Source: Deltaproteobacteria bacterium
GTDB lineage: Bacteria; Myxococcota_A; Polyangia; Polyangiales; Houyiibacteriaceae
Length of the DNA: 64,000 bases
Direction: 5' to 3'
NCBI GenBank assembly: GCA_034670305.1
Contig: JAXMNT010000001.1
Location: 96,001-160,000 of the forward strand
Part shown: one piece after another, positions 60,860-64,000 of the stretch
Numbering within the stretch: position 1 is the stretch's first letter
Layout of the letters: each line of letters opens with the position of its first letter
Program-made: the position numbers and the translations under genes
The notes under the pieces: generated by a model
Databases searched by the model: none
The model's input: the letters and a program-made list of their open reading frames with translations, nothing else
Told to the model about the DNA's origin: nothing

Positions 60860-62956
60860 TCAGAACAGCGCGTCGAGCGCCGCGAAATCTTGTTCCGGCG
60901 CGACGGGCGCGGGCGCCAACGGCAGAAGCAGAACGGCACGTCCAGCGGCGACCACGACGTTGCTCGCTCGGATGTCGCCGTGCGTGACGCCGCGTGCGTG
61001 GAGGATCTTGAGGGCCTCGCCCACCTGAGCGCGGGCGACCCCGCGCATCCCCTCGTCGAGCAGCGCGCGGGTCATCGGTTCGCCCTTCGGGTGTTCGAGC
61101 ACGATCCGTTCGAGCTCTGGGTCGATGTCGAAGATCGCCTGCAGGAACGGGCCGTCCGCGGACGAGAGCGCTTGGAAGAACGCCACCTCGTCGGGCGCGA
61201 GCCCACGCAAGCGCACCATTCGCCCGAGCACGCCATCGGTGGCGAGCTGCGTCCCGTCGTCCAGCGTCTCGGTCACCGCGAATCGGTCGCCGGCCGGTGG
61301 TGGGATGCTCGGGGGCAGCGACTCGCGCGCCGGCTCGGCCGCCGGCGACTTGAGGCCCGCGTCTTGGACCAGCTGCTCCAGCACGTTCTCGTCCGGGTCG
61401 GTCCAGTCGAGTGCGTCGAGCATCTGGCGCACCTCTTCGACCGACTGGGGCCGATCGACGATCTGCTTCTCGAGCAAGGCGGCGATCAGATCGTCGAAGC
61501 CGCGATCGAGGTGCGTGCGAATGCGGGTGGGCCGGCGCGGGGTGTCCTGCAAATGCTGGGTGACGAAGTCCGGGCCAGGGAAGGGCAGTTGTCCGGTCAG
61601 GAGCTGGTAGAGGATCACACCGAACGCGTAGAGGTCGGTCGGCGCCTTGGGACGTTCGGAGCCGGTGATCTGTTCGGGCGCCATGTACGCGAGCGTGCCG
61701 AGCATGGCGCCCGTGAGGGTCGCGCCGAGATCCTGCAAGTGCGCGACCCCGAAGTCGCCGATCTTCACGTCGCCGGTCGCGCCGAAGAAGACGTTGGCGG
61801 GTTTGAGGTCTCGGTGAATGACGCCGCGGCGGTGCACCGCCTCGAGCCCGCGCAAGATGGAGGTCGTGACGTGCCGAACAATCGCGAGTGGCAACGCATG
61901 CGCGGCGTCCTCGATGCGATCGCCGAGCGTGCCCCCGGGCATGTACTCCATCACCAAGAACGGCCCGTCCGGGTTGAACTCGAACACGCGGACGACGTTG
62001 GCGTGGTCGAGCCCCGCGGCGACGCGCGCTTCCTTGGCGAACCGCACGTACGCATCGCGGCCTTGTGCGCCTCGACCGACGGTCAGGACTTTGACGGCGA
62101 CCTCACGGTCGTAGAACCCGTCGTGTGCAAGCAGCACCCGCCCGGTCCCGCCTGCGCCGAGGGACCGGAGGATCCGGTAGCGCGCGGCCAGGAGCTGTGA
62201 CTTCTTCTCTCCCTTCGCGAGCCCGGCGATGCCCCGGGGGTTGCCAAAGGTCTCTTGAAGAAAGTCGGGCACGCGGATGGGCAACGACCGGTCTTGCGCG
62301 CGCAGCCGGTCGAGACATCCGGCGGCCGCTTCGTTCATCTTGAGCGCGTCGAAACACGCGACGAGCAGCTCGAGCGCCGCGACCTTGCGCTCCGGGTCGT
62401 CTTCCGCTTTTTGGAGCGCGCGCGCCGCGTGATCGAAGCGGCCGAAGTGCGCGAGGATGCGTCCGAGGCGCAACGCGGCTTCGCCATCGGTCGGATCTTC
62501 ACGCACGCGCCGTTCGTAGAGGATGCCGGCCTTGCGGTAGTCGCCGCTGTTCTCGAGGCACCGCGCCGCTTCGAAGAGTTCGCCGGCCCGTTCGAAGAGT
62601 GCGGCGGCTTCTTCGACTTCCCCGGCGGCTTCGCGCAGACGCGCCGCGTCGATCACGCGGCCCTTGCCCTCCGCGACGCTGGCGGCCCGCAGCGCTTGCT
62701 CCGGGTGGTTCGGAAGCACCGAGAGCAGCCGGAACATCGCGTCGCGATCGTTGCCGGCGAGTGCGTACTCGTACGCGAGCGCGAACATCTCCGCCTCTTC
62801 CGCGATGCGCACCGCATTGGGCCAGTCCCACACCGCGGCGTAGAGCTCCGCCGCCCGCGCCGCGTCCCCATCCTGGAGGCACAACATCGCCGCCTCCGCA
62901 TACCGCCCCGCCGCCCTCAGCGCGTCCACCTGTGCGTCGAGATCGTGATCCGCCAT
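60860..62956 (-). CDS. Cytoplasmic Ser/Thr kinase with N-terminal TPR-like repeats and a C-terminal degenerate kinase-like segment
   Basis: [24 protein letters not shown]; later [10 protein letters not shown]. Confidence 0.88.
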   Translation of the reverse strand: MADHDLDAQVDALRAAGRYAEAAMLCLQDGDAARAAELYAAVWDWPNAVRIAEEAEMFALAYEYALAGNDRDAMFRLLSVLPNHPEQALRAASVAEGKGRVIDAARLREAAGEVEEAAALFERAGELFEAARCLENSGDYRKAGILYERRVREDPTDGEAALRLGRILAHFGRFDHAARALQKAEDDPERKVAALELLVACFDALKMNEAAAGCLDRLRAQDRSLPIRVPDFLQETFGNPRGIAGLAKGEKKSQLLAARYRILRSLGAGGTGRVLLAHDGFYDREVAVKVLTVGRGAQGRDAYVRFAKEARVAAGLDHANVVRVFEFNPDGPFLVMEYMPGGTLGDRIEDAAHALPLAIVRHVTTSILRGLEAVHRRGVIHRDLKPANVFFGATGDVKIGDFGVAHLQDLGATLTGAMLGTLAYMAPEQITGSERPKAPTDLYAFGVILYQLLTGQLPFPGPDFVTQHLQDTPRRPTRIRTHLDRGFDDLIAALLEKQIVDRPQSVEEVRQMLDALDWTDPDENVLEQLVQDAGLKSPAAEPARESLPPSIPPPAGDRFAVTETLDDGTQLATDGVLGRMVRLRGLAPDEVAFFQALSSADGPFLQAIFDIDPELERIVLEHPKGEPMTRALLDEGMRGVARAQVGEALKILHARGVTHGDIRASNVVVAAGRAVLLLPLAPAPVAPEQDFAALDALF

Positions 62957-63006
62957 CGCCCCCGCACTGTAGCGCGGCCAGCCACCACATCGGGGTCCGG
63001 ATCCGG

Positions 63007-63245
63007 ATCGGCTTCGGCTTCGGCGTCGGCGTCGGCATCGGCTTCGGCATCGGCTTCGGCGTCGGGTTCGGCGTCGGCATCGGCGTCGGCATCGGCTTCG
63101 GCTTCGGCATCGGCTTCGGCATCGGCTTCGGCGTCGGGTTCGGCGTCGGCATCGGCGTCGGCATCGGCTTCGGCATCGGCTTCGGCATCGGCTTCGGATT
63201 CGGCTTCGGATTCGGCTTCGGGATCGGGATCGGATTCGGCTTCGC
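63007..63245. repeat. (TCGGCN)n microsatellite with an internal 72-nt duplication
   Basis: Variant GTCGGGTTCGG at 63061 and 63133. Confidence 0.9.
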
Positions 63246-63255
63246 CCGACAAACC

Positions 63256-63287
63256 ACGGGCACGGGCACGGGCACGGGCACGGGCAA
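63256..63287. repeat. (CACGGG)5 hexamer run
   Basis: Seen directly. Confidence 0.8.
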
Positions 63288-63352
63288 CGACAATCCTCGG
63301 TGTCGGCCTTCGAAGTGGCGGCGGGGGTTCGCTCGTCGCTACCCTCTCGCGC

Positions 63353-64000
63353 ATGTCGCCTCGCCTCCGCCGACTCGCCGCGCCCGCCTTCGTGCACGCG
63401 TTCTGTTTCGTCTTCTTCGCGACGGCGGCGGCGGGTCAAGACGGAGTGTCGTTCGAACAAGCCGCGCCTCCCGGCGACGAGCCCCCGTCGGTGGACAGCG
63501 ACGACGACGCAGGGGAACGCGCCGCGTCCGCGGATGCGAACCGCGAGGATTCAGAATCCGAAGACGCCGAGGAGGACGAGGAAGGCGGCGTTCAATCGAT
63601 CCTGCCCGTCTTTCGCCTGGCGTTTGGGAGCGCGCTCGGGTTCGAGCCGAGTGGTCAGCGTGGGTTCACCTTCGACTTGGCGGGTGGGGTTCGTCTTCTC
63701 CTGCGCGAGGGCAAGCACCATCCAACGCTGATCTTCGAGACCGGCTACTCACGTCGCGGCGGCGACTTCGGCACCCACGACATGCTCTTCGCGGCGGGCG
63801 CGGGGTGGACGGGCAAAGCGGTGGGGATCCAGTTGGTGGAGACGATCACGTTCGCCACCCAGGTCGGTCGACACGAGTCCGGGATACGCACCGGTCTGCG
63901 CCTCGAGTTGCTCATGGGGATCGTCGGGGTCGAGATGGCGCACCAGGTCACCTTCCGAGACCCGGACAACGCCCACGAGTTTCGGGTCCAGGCCTACCTC
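63353..64000 (+). CDS. Partial outer-membrane-like hypothetical protein running off the window; absent from the ORF track
   Basis: [29 protein letters not shown] signal, acidic linker, amphipathic strands ([24 protein letters not shown]); no stop before 64000. Confidence 0.7.
   Translation, partial: MSPRLRRLAAPAFVHAFCFVFFATAAAGQDGVSFEQAAPPGDEPPSVDSDDDAGERAASADANREDSESEDAEEDEEGGVQSILPVFRLAFGSALGFEPSGQRGFTFDLAGGVRLLLREGKHHPTLIFETGYSRRGGDFGTHDMLFAAGAGWTGKAVGIQLVETITFATQVGRHESGIRTGLRLELLMGIVGVEMAHQVTFRDPDNAHEFRVQAYL

Overview
GC-rich bacterial chromosome segment, most likely Myxococcota (Polyangiales/Sandaracinaceae-like). This is inferred from four Hanks-type kinase genes, a MYXO-CTERM-like sorting tail, many TPR and lipoprotein genes, a bactofilin, and an ATP synthase cluster without the a/c subunit genes. 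About 58 credible CDSs; no rRNA, tRNA, CRISPR array or transposase was seen. Main blocks: (1) a translationally coupled operon of a membrane Ser/Thr kinase, two TonB-dependent receptors each with an N-terminal TPR domain, and a Cys-rich lipoprotein, a candidate kinase-based trans-envelope signalling system; (2) HEAT-repeat/xseB/sulfatase and SRPBCC-ArsR-SRPBCC genes with tandem palindromic operators; (3) an OmpA-family gene and a matrixin/TPR/Cys-rich lipoprotein cluster; (4) a TatT-type TRAP system interrupted by crotonase and GNAT genes; (5) TPR-TPR-pentaheme cytochrome genes next to a Cys-motif membrane protein/NosL/ABC cluster; (6) ABM monooxygenase, atypical kinase, ChaN, TetR and bactofilin genes; (7) atpF'FHAG, then an unknown gene and an antisense kinase, then atpDC. 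Subunit b carries a signal peptide and a 26-His repeat domain, and alpha has a ~47-aa loop insertion. Intergenic regions hold modular palindromic repeats, including a ~150-nt element with apparent compensatory base changes between its two copies, and several hexamer microsatellites. All calls are from motif reading only, and several starts were re-chosen by eye relative to the ORF track.
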